Assembly (NCBI RefSeq): GCF_009914755.1 | Contig: NC_060934.1 | DNA: 64,000 nt | Direction: 5' to 3' (one strand) | Origin: the human T2T-CHM13v2.0 reference genome, Homo sapiens | Shown here: one piece after another, positions 12,620 through 26,523 of the stretch | How the letters are laid out: every line of letters starts with the position of its first letter | How positions within the stretch are numbered: the stretch's first letter is position 1 | Position numbers and translations under genes: made by a program | Notes under the pieces: generated by a model | Seen by the model: only the letters and a program-made list of their open reading frames with translations | Database searches by the model: none | Told to the model about the DNA's origin: nothing

Positions 12620-15270
12620 GTATTATGAACAACTCTAGCCACAGATTTGATAAATTTAGTGAAATAGATTAATCCCTTGAAAGACAACATCTGCCAAAAC
12701 TTACAGAAGAAATGAATATGCTTGTATCTATTACAGGAATTCAATCAATAATTAATTACCTTCCAAAACAGAAATCACAGGCCCAGAAGTGTTCACTGGT
12801 GAATTCTACCAAACATTTAAGGTTTAAGGAAGAAACTATACCAATTCTCGATAATCTCTTCCAGAAGACAGAAACAGAGAGAAAACTTTTTAGCTCATTC
12901 TCTGAGGCCAGCATTACTCTAATACCAAAACCATACAAAGATATTACAAGAAAGGAAAAGTGTAGACCAATATCGCTCATGAATGTAGACGCAAAAATTC
13001 TCAACATTCAGAAATCAAATCCAGCAGTGTGTAAAAGCAATCACACACCCTAATTCAACATTCAAAAATCAGCCAATGCAATTCATCACATCAGTAAGCT
13101 AAACAAGAAAAATCAGTTGGTTTTATCAATAGATGCAGAAAAAGCATCTGACAAAATATAACACCTATCATGATAAAAACTCTCAGCAAACTAGGATAAG
13201 CTGAGAACTTCCTCAACTTGTTAAAGAACATCCAGAAAAGACTTACAGCTAACATTATTCTTAATGGCAAGAAACTAGAAGCTTTTCCACTAAGATCAGG
13301 AGCAAGGCAAAGATATTCCCTCTCACTGCTGCTTTTCAGCCTCATGCTGGAACTCTTAGCTAGTTCAAGAAGACAAGAGAAGGAAACAAAAGGTATATAG
13401 ATTGGGAAACAAGAAATAAAATTGTCTTTATTCTCAGATGACATGATTATGTAGGAAATCCCAAAGAATTGACAAAAATTTCCTGAAACTAATAAGTGAT
13501 TATAGAAAAGGTTACAGGATACAAGGTTAATATACATAAGTCAGTCACCTTCCTGTGTACCAGCAATTAACTAGTGGAATTTAAGATTAAAACCATAACA
13601 TTTAAATTAGCACCAAAACAATGGTACTAAGTAAAAATCTAACAAAATGTATACAAAATCTATATGAGGAAAACGACAAAACTTTAATGAAATAACTGAA
13701 TAAATGGACAGATATTCCATGTTCATGGATAGGAAGACTCAATATTGTTGGTAGTCAGTTCTTCCCAACTTTAGATTTAATGCATTCCCAATCATAATCT
13801 CAGCAAATTATTTTGTGAATATTGACAAACTGTTTCTAAAGCATATATGGAGAGGATGAGACCTAGAATATCCAACACAGTATTGATGGAAAAACAAAGT
13901 CAGAGGACTGACACCCCCCAACTTGAAGACTCTAAAGCTACAATAACAGTGTGATATTGTCAAAAGAATAGACAAATAGAATAGAGAGCCCCAAAATAGA
14001 CCCACACAAATATAGTTAACTGAGTTAACTGATATGACAGAGGAGCAAAAGCAACTCAGTGGAGAAAGCGTAGTCTTCAACAGATGGTACTGGAACAACT
14101 GCCAAAAACAAAAAAGAATCTAGACATAGACCTCACACCCTCCACAAAAATTAATTCAAAATGGATCATAGACCTAAACGTAACGTGTTACCGTACAACT
14201 TTTACAAGATAACATAGGAGAAAACCTAAGTGACCTTGGGTATGGTGATGATGTTTAAATACAACACCAAAAGCAAGATCCATGACAGAAATAATTGATA
14301 AGCCGGGCTTCATTACAATCAAAAACTTCTGTTCTATGTAAGACACTGCCAAAAGGATAAGACAGGCCACAGACTGGGAGACAATATTTGGAAAAGATAC
14401 ACCCGATAAAGGAATGTTATCTAAAATATACCGAGAACTCTGAAAAACTCAACAAAAAGGAGCAAACAAGCCAGTTAAAAAATGGGCCAAGAATCTGCAG
14501 AGACACCTCATCAAAGAAGATGCATGGATGGCAGATCAGCATGTGAAAAGAAGCTTCACATTGTGTGTCATCAGAAATGCAAGTTAAGGAGATTCACCAT
14601 CAAAAAATCCAAAACACTCACCACCAAATGCTGGTGAGGACGTGGAGCAACAGGAACACTCATTAATTGTTGGGAATAGAAAATGGTACAGCCACTTGGG
14701 AAGACAGCTTGACAGTTTCTTACAAAATTAATCACACTCTCATCATACAATCCAGTAATCACACTCCTTGGTGTTTACCCAAAGGAGATGAAAACTTATG
14801 TCTACACCAAAACCTGCACACAGACATAGCAGCTTTTTTCATAATTGCCAAAACTTGGAAGCACCCAAGGTGTCCTTCAGCAGGTGACTGGATAAACTGG
14901 AACATCCAGATAGTGGAACATTGCTTAGCACTGAAAGGAAATGAGCCGTCAGCAACGAGAAGACACGGGGGAGCCGACATGCCAGCATGAAAAGGCCGTA
15001 CACAGATGGAGATGGTGAAAGGATCGTGGTGGCCCGGGTGGGGGTAGTAGGATATTGAGGGGTGAATCAGCAGAACACAAAGGGTTTTAGGGCAGTAAAA
15101 CTACTCTTCATGATGCTGTATTGTTGGATCCATGTGATGATGCGTTTGTCTAAACCCCACAGACTGTGCCACCCCACACATGAGCCTGCATGTCGACTGT
15201 GGACTCTGAGTGGTGGTAACAGTGTGTCCATGTGCACGCATCGAGTGGACCACTCCAGTGTGGGATGAAG
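12620..15270 (+). mobile_element. 5'-truncated L1 (L1MC-type): decayed ORF2 reverse transcriptase region plus 3' UTR
   Basis: ORF 12712-13053 reads FKEETIPIL..LFQK..SFSEASITLIPKP.KDITRKE.CRPISLMNVDAKILN. ORF 13218-13400 reads ANIILNGKKLEAFPLRSGARQ. Both are classic L1 ORF2p motifs. The 3' end 'ttttagggcagtaaaactactc...aaaccccacagactgtgc' is L1MC-like. Many stops and frameshifts. Confidence 0.92.
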
Positions 15271-15504
15271 GCTGCTCTAGAAAAATCAAGTCCAGGTTTT
15301 TTAAAGTCTGCTTGGAAATCTGAAACCTGAGAGCTGGCTCTTGTGTCCCCCACTGTTCTCCCGTGCTCCCCCGCCCTGGTTACATGCAGAGCAGTGGGGC
15401 CATGAGACAAAAGAGAATGACCCAGAAGGACACTGTGGCGGTTGGTCTCAAATGCCTGCCCCAGCCACACCTGTCTCTCCATTGACTTTCGTGCCACCTA
15501 GGAG

Positions 15505-15635
15505 GAAGGCGGTGCCACCCATTTCACAGGTCAGAAAACCCAGACTCACGGAGGTGCCACAACTGGCCCTACGGTGACACTGTAAATGGTGGAGCTTTCA
15601 GTCCAACCTGGGTAGGTCTGAATGCAAAGCCAAGG
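15505..15635 (-). mobile_element. MIR fragment
   Basis: 'cccatttcacaggtcagaaaacccagactcacggaggtg...' resembles the MIR core in reverse orientation. Confidence 0.5.
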
Positions 15636-17089
15636 TCCAAATACTGCACTGTCTTCTTGGGGACATGAATTGCCACAGAATTCGCCTTGTGCTTTAATGC
15701 CTGTCTCGTGTTTCTCTGTGATTAAAAAAAATTCATGTGAAGTTCCTGATGAAGGGTTCACGTCACCAGCACCGGCTCCTGTCGTGTGCCCAACTCCAAG
15801 TTACTGCCAAGATCCAGGGAGGGATGTGCTATGTCACCCTGCCCAGGAGACAGGGACATAAACACCCGCTAACTTCCCATGACAGGCTCCCTGCAGCCCT
15901 TGAGCCCAGAGGATGCCCATGAGGTGGGTCCCTTCACTTCAGTCCTGGCTTGGGAGAGCCAGAGGAAGGGGTTTTAAAACTCCCAAGAATGAGCTGGGAA
16001 GCAGCTGATCCTGCCCTAGAGGAGGTGAATTGTGTTGAGACAGGTGGTGTTGGCTGTCCACAAGCTCCAGCCATCCTTCTCCTCTGTCCCGCTGCCTCTC
16101 ACAGAGCGCCGGGCGGGTGGGCCAGGGGAGAGGGGTCCCTGAGACAGACCAGAACAGCATGGCAGGCTCCGTGCCGCCTGATGGCCGCATGTTTAGGAAA
16201 CGATCTTAATTATGCTTTTTTCTGAAATTTGCCTTCTGAGTACCTGGACCTCCTGTAGGCTCAGTCCATTTCAAATGACCCTCCCTTTTTCTGCTGCCTA
16301 CACAGGCCCACTAGCAAAAAAGAAAGTACTGTGTTCTTTAGACTCAGTAGGGAACCTATTTGTATAATCCTGGTGAGACGATCATGCCAGCCCTCCCTGC
16401 AGGTAAAGTCTCGGGCTTTGCCAGAAGAGTGTGTCTTTCCTTAGAGCAGGTCCTGAGCAAACCCCGCAGCAGCGTTAGAGACGAGTCCTGGCTCCGTGGC
16501 TGTGTGGCCCACCAGCCTGCCGTATGGAGGCGGGCACGCATGTGCGTGAGACAGTTGGCATGTCCCAGGCAGAGAACCATCTAAGTTCACACTGCACCTC
16601 TAGAAGCAGAGGGTCTCATTCTCCCGGCTTCTTCCCCGGCCCCTCGTGTTTCCTTCAAGGCATCTGCGCAGTGCCGCGCATGGCGTGGCGCTGGCAAGGA
16701 GTCCTCGGTGGCATGGCGTGCGTCGGGAGCACCCCCCCATGCACCCGGGAGCCTGGCCTGTGGGAGAAGGGGATGCCAAATGGGGGAAGTAGGAGGGACT
16801 GGAGTCCAGCCCATGAGCCAGGAGCTTGCATGTGATTAGAGGACCAGGGTGGACGGGTCAGGGCAGAGAGAGAAGAAAGCCCAGAGGTATGAAAAGGAGA
16901 TGCTGAAAGCAAACCAGCCAACAGACGTGGCCCTTCCAGGTCAACGCGGCCCATTCTGCACATAGGCTTATCTCTACTCTGCCCAGAAGCCACCAGAATG
17001 ACAGGAAAGGGAGCAAAAACGACCTTCACTCCTCAGGATGAGGAAATGGAGAGGAGGCTGCCTGCTTGTCAGGAGGCTCCCCCTCCCCA

Positions 17090-17330
17090 GGGTCTTTCCT
17101 GTAATAATAGAGCCCCACGTCTCAGCTGGGCACAGGCTGCCCCACAAATGGCCACGTTTCTCAACCTCCCTTGCAGCCAGACATTGGCCTGTGGCTCTGT
17201 TCCGGCCGGCAGGATGTGAGCAGAAGATGAATGTGAACTTCCTGAGCTTTGTCCCCTCCCTTCCTGGCTGGAATGCAAACATGATGGCCGGAGCAGGGGC
17301 AGCCACCTCAGCCCTCAGGTGGAGGCCGTG
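17090..17330. mobile_element. Old MaLR LTR fragment (MLT1J/K-like)
   Basis: 'ttctcaacctcccttgcagccag...ggatgtgagcagaag...ctggctggaatgcaaacatgatggccggagcaggggcagccacc' resembles the MLT1 consensus as recalled. Confidence 0.6.
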
Positions 17331-17785
17331 GGCCAGGGCTGCAGAGCCAGTGTGCAGGAGTCTGTCTCTGGTGGGGGTGCTGTCCTCTCAGACACACTGC
17401 TCCACCTGGTCTCAGCTGCTGTCGTCTGGGGGCTGGCAGGTGAGCCCTTGTCCTCGCACATATGGAGGCCAGCACGATTTTGCACGAAGGAAGCCCCCTA
17501 GTGGTGCAGCATGAAGGGCCTGCCCAGCAAAATGCCAGCAAAGATGCACAGTGATGCAGCCCCAGAGCCTGAAAAGCACAGGAAGACAAAACCAACCAAA
17601 GAAGGATGGGAAGTGGGGGTCGGGGTGCGGTGGCTCACGCCTGCAATCCCAGTTGAAAAGCACAGGAAGACAAAACCAACCACAGAAGGATGGGAAGTGG
17701 GGGTCGGGGTGCGGTGGCTCACGCCTGCAATCCCAGCTGAAAAGCACAGGAAGACAAAACCAACCACAGAAGGATGGGAAGTGGG

Positions 17786-18082
<297 letters not shown>

Positions 18083-19539
18083 GGAAGCGGAGTCTATACA
18101 GGTCACGCCAGGGCCCTGGGTCTGCTTCCCTACTCTGCCCAGCCCACTGACTCCTCCAGCCTACCCAGCAGGAGCCAGGGCTGCCTCTAGATAAGCTGAC
18201 CAACCAGGCACCACAGTGGTGACAGCAGCCATGTTTGGCCTAAAGAGACCTGCAGAAGGTCAGGTGCACAACCGACCAGGAGGGCTGGCCAGCTCCATGG
18301 CGCTGTCTGAGATATCAGCCAACCAAGACAGAAGCCACCTGGGCGTACCCTAGACAGCCCCAGCCTGCACTGAGCAGCCAGCAGCCCACCACCGACACCC
18401 CGATCTCAGCCTCGTTCCAGGGCCTCAGTCACGAGAGGTTCCTCAGCTGTTGAGGGAAGCCCCAAGGTGAGGGAGAGGCCAAAGCCAGCCGGCTGGGGAG
18501 CGAGCTTCGAATGGATGCGAACATTAGGGGACACTTAAAAATGACAAGCCAGAATTAAAATCCCCCCGTAGGAATAGACAAGTCTGCTGCCATGAAACCC
18601 AGCAAGCTGTTGTAGAAAGTGAACACTCAGGTAACCCAGAAGAACTCCCAAGGCAAAGTTTAATATGTGGCAAAAAATTTAAAAAATTAAATTAGTAGAT
18701 GAATAAATCCCCCAGGAAGGGGAGGTGGGAAACAGATGGGACAAGAGGAAAGGAAGTTAGAGGACGACCCGAGCAGAGCGAAGCATCCGGCAGGTTCCGG
18801 CAGGTTCCAGCAGGAGAGACGAGAGCAGACGGAGGGAGAAGGTGCAGGAGGGCTCGTCACAAAGGAACCAACGTGCTTCCTGCTAGAAGGGCCCACACAT
18901 GCCGGCACCATGGCTCAGCATCCCGAACCAGAGCAGGACGGACCCACGGAGATTCCAGGGAGGGCGGGGGGAGAGGATCACACAGAACCAGGCACTGGGA
19001 GGGAGCTGGTCGCGGTGATGGCACTGCCCTCAGCAGGCGCCGGGATTCGGTACTCCCATTGCAAGGTCAGGGGTCAGCACACAATAAGACGTTTTCAGAT
19101 ACGCAAAGACTCAAAATGCTGCTTCCCATCTAGAGAGTCTTTCTCCAGAAGCTACTGTAGAATTTGTTCTATCAAAACAAGGGAGTAGATGCTGAGAGAG
19201 GAAGGTAAGAGTTCCAGAAGAAAGGGAGCTGACCCAGAAGCCCCCGGCCGCCCCCTACTGTGAGAGGAGCCTGGCGGGGTCTCCACAGGGAGACCAGGTC
19301 AGTCTGAGGACTTGGCCAGTGGAGGAGGATGTCGAGAGAGGTTTACAGTTTGAGAGGATGTAATGACAGATGTAGAAAACAAACATTTTAAAAGGAGGCA
19401 GTTATGAATCCCACAGGGAATACAGGTTTCTATGGGAAGCAAAATTCGTTATCAATGACTACTTACTGGGTCAGTAACAAGTAACATTGACCAAGTCGCA
19501 GAGCTGAGCCGTGAGTGCTGCTCTAGCCCACAGTTACGA

Positions 19540-19780
19540 TATGGGGGCGGGGGAGGCTGCAGGGGTCTCCGGGGACCTGTTGTGATATGGCTGCATGGTG
19601 AGGGGGTGCAGTGGCTCCAGGGACCTGCTGTGATTATGGCTGCATGGTGAGGGGGTGCAGTGGCTCCAGGGACCTGCTGTGATATGGCTGCATGGTGAGG
19701 GGGTGCAGTGGCTCCAGGGACCTGCTGTGATTATGTCTGTATGGGGCGGGGAGGCTGCAGGGGTCTCCTGGGACCTGCAC
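19540..19780. repeat. Short minisatellite, ~49-bp unit, about 4-5 copies
   Basis: 'gggacctgctgtgat(t)atggctgcatggtgagggggtgcagtggctcca' repeated. Confidence 0.9.
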
Positions 19781-20540
19781 TGGAGGTAGTGTCCAACCTG
19801 TGCCCCCAGCAAGGCAAGCCGGGGAGGGAGACGGGAGCCGGGTGGCCCAGGGCTCCTGTGCTTGGAGTGGGGGAGGTTGGGACTCTGCAGAGGGCCTGAG
19901 GGGCAGGAACGGGAAGATCCCCTCCTCAGTTTATCCACCTGAGGGCCCCCCGCAGTGCCCTCCTCAGCCTCACTTTGTTCTGCCCAGGGGATTGGCCGTG
20001 GACCATGAGGTTTGGAACAGAAAGCCTGCCCCTGGTTTCACGCTCAGCAAGTTCCTTCTCCTGTAGGAACCCCTGATCCACAGCTTCTGTGTCTGTGGGG
20101 TGGGGGTGGCAATTGTGGCCCCATCTGCTTCCCAGGACAGTTACGGCTCTAAGGTGTGGTCTTGGCTGTGGTGATGCTTGCCAAGACACTGCCCGGGGTG
20201 TGGCATCAGCCTTCCCTTTGCCCACAGGACGATGCCCTGAGTCTCTGTTCATCCATTGACCTGTGCAGATGCACAGGACACCTGGGTGGGGCCGTGGGGA
20301 CACCAGGATGAGTGGCCATGTGTGTGCCTGCAGAGGGTGGTGTCCTCATGAGGTAGAAGGCCTGGGAGCCGGCTGGAAGTAGGCTGCTGGGCCCCATTGC
20401 AGGGGGGACCGCGCCGTGATGCGGCTTGCAGGGGCCCCGGGGCAGCGGGGCTGGCTCTGCTGACGCCCACATGGCCTGGGCCCCACGTGGAATCTGAGCC
20501 AGAGACGTGGTGACGCCCTAAGTCCTGCCAGCCTTTCTAA

Positions 20541-20744
<204 letters not shown>

Positions 20745-23401
20745 CACCAGGTGGCTGGACTGATGGAGACGTCTTCAGACAGGAGCCGCTCAGTCTTCTT
20801 TCCCGGGCGTCGCCTCCTGTGTGGTGCCGGAAGAGCGCCAGGTTCAGTGTTACCCTGAGGGCTGATTTCGCGCAGCCTGTTGTTTTCCTTAGACAGGTCC
20901 ACGTCCCTCTCCTGAGGCTGTGGAAGATTTCAGCCGTATTAAAAGAAAGGACACTGTGAGCACGTGGTCTCGCCTTCCCTTCTTCCTGCAGGTTCCCGCC
21001 AAGCCATGTGACAGAGTGCTCACACTCAGGCACTTGCCTCTCTCCTGTCCTGGAGCCCTTGTTACAAAAGTACTCACAGCTTTCCTTCACTTAGTTATTT
21101 GAGTGTGGGAGAGGAGACCAGGTCACCCGATTCCCGCCAAGCCGGAAGTCCCTGCAGCACCACCTTTGGCTAGGAGGGAGGGGTGACAGCCAAAAAGGGC
21201 TTCGGGGGAGTGGTTACCCTGCTCCCTGCCCAGTGACAAGCCCTCCTTTCCCCTGGGGGCCCTCCTTTCCCCTGCTCCCTGCCCAGCTACGGGGCCCTCC
21301 TTTCAGCCTTGACCCCTTCCTGGTTGCTACCACTCAGGCTGCCACTCAGTGGACTCCACCCCAGGGACACGGCAGGGTCTGCAGACCTCCCCATGCTAGA
21401 TCAGCCGTATTTCATGCTCTGTCTGCCCAGGCTGTGTAGATTCTGTGTGACTTAGTCTCTTGTGCTGAGTGTTTGCTTGGATCTTGAAAACATCTTTGGT
21501 TTGATTTCTTTAACAGAGGTGAGACTATTCAGACTTTGTTTATTTTTGTGTTAATTTTGGTAAATATGGTTTCAGTGAGTTTCCTCATTTCATCCAAGTT
21601 GTGCAATGTATCAGCATAAAGTTCCTCTTATTTTCAGTATCTTTAGGATCCGTAATAATGTCCCCTCTTTTATTCTTGACCTGGTGTTCTTCATCATTCT
21701 TGCTATGGATTTATCAATTTTGTTCCTCTTTTCCAAAAGCCCCAGGTTTTGGCTTCACTGGATTTGCTGTTTGTCTTCTGTCTCATGGGTCTCTGCGCCC
21801 TGCACTTCGTACTTTCCGAGAGTTTAACTGGTGCTTAGAGAGAAATGCATCACTTCCAAACCCATGTATTAGAGAAGAAGGGCGTGAAATTTATCACCTA
21901 AGCTTTCCATTCAGGAAGCTAGAAAAGGTGTCAGTGACCTGTTGCGGCCCAGCGGCTGGAGCAGCAGACGTTTGCCATTTCTCACGCCTGAGGGCAGGCG
22001 TTGGAGCAGCTCAGCCGGCGTTGCTGGTCAGGGTCTCCCGTGAGGCTGGAGTCAGCCGTGGGTTGAGCTGCTCTCCTCTGAAGGTTTAACTGGGCTTGGG
22101 GCTCAGCTTCCAAGGTGCTCACCTGGTTGTTGATCAGAGAGCGTGTCCGTTGTGATCCCAGTCCTTTGAAACTGTGAAGCCTCGCCCCGCGGCCTGCCGC
22201 AGGATATGTTTTGGTAAATGTAGACTGTGCACTTGAGAAGAATGTATTTTGAGTTGTTGGGTACATTGTTTTGTGTGTGTCAGGTGACATTGACTAATCC
22301 TGTTGCTCAGAGCTCCTGTACCCTTACTGACTGACTTAAGCCTGGTTTCTCAGTTACTGAGAGAGGCCTGTGAACAGTTCTAGCTATGATCATGAACATG
22401 TGTTTTCTTCTTAGTTATGTGAGTTTTTGCTATACGTGTTTTGGGGCTATTTTGTCAGATGCCTACAAATTTAGGATTGTTTTATCTTCCTGTCGAACTG
22501 ACCTTGTCATTATTATGAACTATTTCTCTTCGCCTCTCCTTTTCACTTCTTGCCTTCTGTGGATTTTGTCTGATACTAATCCAGGCACACTGCTGCTGTT
22601 TTGGTCAGCGTTTTCATAATGCATCTTCTTCCCTCCTTCTACTGTACTGGATTTAAAGCGCACCTTATAGAGACATCATATACTCGGGACTCCTTTTCTT
22701 TCTCTAGCTGCCAGTTCTGTGTTTCAGTTACAGTGTTTGGCCCTCACATTTAAGGTGCGTGTGCGTACGGCGGATTCCGTGCCCATCTCATGTTTTTATT
22801 CCCTTTATTCTTCTTTTGCTGCTTTCTGATAGTGATCAATTTTTTTATTTATATCTCTTGTATTAGAGTTTTAGTAATATCTTTTAATATTATTCTCTTG
22901 GGTGTTGCCTTAGAGATTTCATACATGCCCTTGAGTTCATTAGCATTTCCTGAATGAGCCAATGACCCTGAGAAGGTCCCTCCCATCTGCCAGTTCCCTG
23001 CCCTTGATGCTGTTGCTCTCGTCCGCCTCCCTTCCACAGGTAAGCACGCAAGACACAGGTACCGTGTGCCCCAACGGTGTCTTGACTCGCTGTTCCTAGA
23101 CATCAGTGTTTGCTTCACTTTACCCATCCCGATGCTCTTCCTTCCTGCAGCTTCATGCTCCAATGAGGGCTGATTTTCATTTAGCTAAATAACTTTTTTT
23201 TAAGTATTTCTTTGTATCATGGTTATGCTTTGACTGGCCGTAAGTTCTCTCAGCTTTTGTTTGTCTGAAAATAAATTTAGTTCGCCTTTATTCTGCACAG
23301 GACAGAATTCTAGGTGGATGATTTTTGCCATTCCCAGAACTTTAAAGATGGGCTCCACTGTCTTCTGGCTCCCATGTGTTTTGTTAAAAATTCAGTGTTC
23401 A

Positions 23402-23699
23402 GGCCGGGTGCTGTGGCTCACGCCTGTAATCCCAGCACTTTGGGAGGCCGAGGCGAGTGGATCACGAGGTCAGGAGATCGAGACCATCCTGGCTAACACG
23501 GTGAAACCCCGTCTCTACTAAAAAATACAAAAAATTAGCCGGGCGTGGTGGCAGGCACCTGTAGTCGCAGCTACTCAGGAGGCTGAGGCGGGAGAATGGC
23601 GTGAACCCAGGAGACGGAGCTTGCAGTGAGCCGAGATCGCGCCACTGCACTCCAGCCTGGGCGACAGAGCGAGACTCCGTCTCAAAAAAAAAAAAAAAA
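23402..23699 (+). mobile_element. AluY with TSD
   Basis: AluY-diagnostic 'ggatcacgaggtcaggagatcgagaccatcctggctaacacggtg' and 'gaatggcgtgaaccc'. TSD AAAAATTCAGTGTTCA / AAAGATTCAATGTTCA. Confidence 0.96.
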
Positions 23700-23963
23700 G
23701 ATTCAATGTTCATTGTTATTTGTTGCTCCTTTGAAGGTAATGTGTCTTTTTTCTTTGTCTTAAAATTGTTTCTCCTTATCTTTGGTTTTCAGCAGTCTGT
23801 GCTGTGCCTGGATGTGATTTTCTTTTTACGTATTTTTCTTGGAATATACAGAACTCAAATCTGGGAGTTAGCATCTTTCATCAGTTTTGGAAAATTCTTA
23901 GCCATTTTTTTTTTTTTTACTATTTTTTCCCCTGTTCTCCCTCTTCTCCCTGAGACTTCAGTT

Positions 23964-24055
23964 TTGTGTGTGTGTGCACATGTGTGTATGCATTCGTGCG
24001 TACGAGTGTGTGCATGTGTGCGCCCGTGTGTATGTGCATATGTGAGTGTGTGTGG
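23964..24055. repeat. Imperfect (TG)n/(TGCA) microsatellite
   Basis: Alternating purine-pyrimidine tract. Confidence 0.85.
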
Positions 24056-24334
24056 CTGTAACCTGCACGTCTCTTCTGTCATGTGTTCTATTTTTCATTC
24101 CTCTCTGTACATCAGGCTAGATGCCTCCTGTCTACGTGGTTTTAGATTTACGAATCCTGTCTTCTGTTGTGTCCCACAGAAAAACCCATGAGGTTTTTTA
24201 ACATTAAAAACAGCAGCTTTATGATAGAGAAAAAAACACAAACATAGACGATTGTACCATTGCACTCAGAAGAAACATCCCAGGCCCTGAGCAGCGTGTC
24301 TTTCCTCGGCCGAGTCAGGCTTCCTGGTGAGCCT

Positions 24335-24996
24335 CAGGGAGTGCATGGTCTCAGATGCCATCCTTCTCTTCTCCAGCATTTCCACTCACCTCCGTGTTCT
24401 TGGGGAGTGCGTGGTGTCAGATCCCATCCTGCTCCTCTCCAGAGTTTCCGGTCACCTCCGTGTTCTCAGGGAGTGCGTGGTCTTGGATGCCATCCTGCTC
24501 ATCTCCAGCATTTCCTCTCACCTCCGTGTTCTCGGGGAGTGCGTGGTGTCAGATCCCATCCTGCTCATCTCCAGCATTTCCTCTCACCTCTGTGTTCTCG
24601 GGGAGTGCGTGGTGTCAGATCCCATCCTGCTCCTCTCCAGCATTTCCTCTCACCTCCGTGTTCTCGGGGAGTGCGTGGTGTCAGATCCCATCCTGCTCCT
24701 CTCCAGAGTTTCCTCTCACCTCCGTGTTCTCGGGGAGTGCGTGGTCTCAGATCCCATCCTGCTCCTCTCCAGAGTTTCCTCTCACCTCCGTGTTCTCAGG
24801 GAGTGCGTGGTCTTGGATGCCATCCTGCTCATCTCCAGCATTTCCTCTCACCTCCGTGTTCTCGGGGAGTGCGTGGTGTCAGATCCCATCCTGCTCCTCT
24901 CCAGCATTTCCTCTCACCTCCGAGCTCTCGGGGAGTGCGTGGTCTCAGATCCCATCCTGCTCCTCTCCAGAGTTTCCTCTCACCTCCGTGTTCTCG
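24335..24996. repeat. 66-bp VNTR, about 10 copies
   Basis: 'gggagtgcgtggtgtcagatcccatcctgctcctctccagcatttcctctcacctccgtgttctcg' has a 66-nt period. All three + frames give 22-aa repeats. Confidence 0.96.
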
Positions 24997-25523
24997 TTCT
25001 CATCTCTGCCGGAATTCCACATCTGCTCGTGCATGCCATCCACCTTTTCCACTAGATCCTTTTACATCATCATTATAATGATTTTTTTTTAATAAGTGTT
25101 TTCTTTCAGTTTTAAATTTCAGATGTTGTGTTTTTCAGGTCTAAGGTGTCTGGTAATTTTTTGTGGATGCCGATTCTCTGTTGAAATTCTCCATCTTTTC
25201 ATTTCCTTTATATCTCTTTTCTTCTTTTTTCTATAATATATTACATTTTTCTAATAAGTTTTTAGTGAGTGTCCAGCATTGTATAAGTTGACCCTTGAAC
25301 AAGAGTTTGAATTATAAGGGTCCACTTATAAGTGGATTTTTAAAAAAATATATATTGCAAAAATTTTTGGAAATTTGCAACAATTTGAAAAACTTTGCAG
25401 ATGAGCCACATAGCCTAGAAATATCTGAAAAAAGAAAAAGTTATGTCATGAATGCATAAAATATACAGACCATACATGGACCATTCACAGTAGAGAGAAA
25501 TGTCGCCGTAAAGATGCAGCATT

Positions 25524-25818
<295 letters not shown>

Positions 25819-25999
25819 TGCAGCATTAAATTATAACTGCATGAAATTAACTGCAGTCCACAGTGTGCTGCTGGAATAATTACAAAGCCACCTCCTGTTG
25901 CTATTGCAGTGAGCGCAAGCATGTCAAGGATCCGCTTAAAACATCGTGTGGTGCTAATCTCTGCACGAGCGGTTCATGTCTTCAGTACATTGTGTATCA

Positions 26000-26176
<177 letters not shown>

Positions 26177-26523
26177 GGGACATCGGGATGTTCTTGTGTA
26201 TTTTTCATGTTGAGCGCAATACTGTAAACCTTGAAGAACACTTTGGGACCCATAGAGTGCCACCAGTCATGCCAAAGAGCTCCTGAGAAGCAGAGAAAAG
26301 TCATGACATTTCAAGAAAAAGTTGAATTTCTTGATATGTTCCGTAGATTGAGGTTTACAGCTGCGGTTGCCTACCAATTCAAGATAAATGAATCCAGCGT
26401 AAGGACCATAGTAAAAAAATAAGGAAATTTGTGAGCAGGCACAAAAGCCTTAACACTTTCTGTGAAATACCTTTTTATCTTGTATTGGGAATGCAGCTTT
26501 TATGTGGGTATAGGATTGCTGTG

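Larger units (their letters stand above)
21480..25270 (-). mobile_element. Fragmented old L1 (L1M-type), antisense, covering ORF2 5' and ORF1 remnants; interrupted by an MLT1-like piece (~21930-22200), an AluY, a TG repeat and a VNTR
   Basis: T-rich antisense L1 texture. Minus-strand ORF 23855-24082 ends MAKNFPKLMKDANSQI, an L1 ORF1p-like motif. Minus-strand ORF 21982-22290 contains MYPTTQNTFFSSAQSTFTK, which resembles the L1 endonuclease YTFFSS motif. Confidence 0.75.

Noticed and set aside
12620-15270. Active reverse transcriptase or novel retro-element
   Set aside because: An ordinary decayed, 5'-truncated L1 with many stops.
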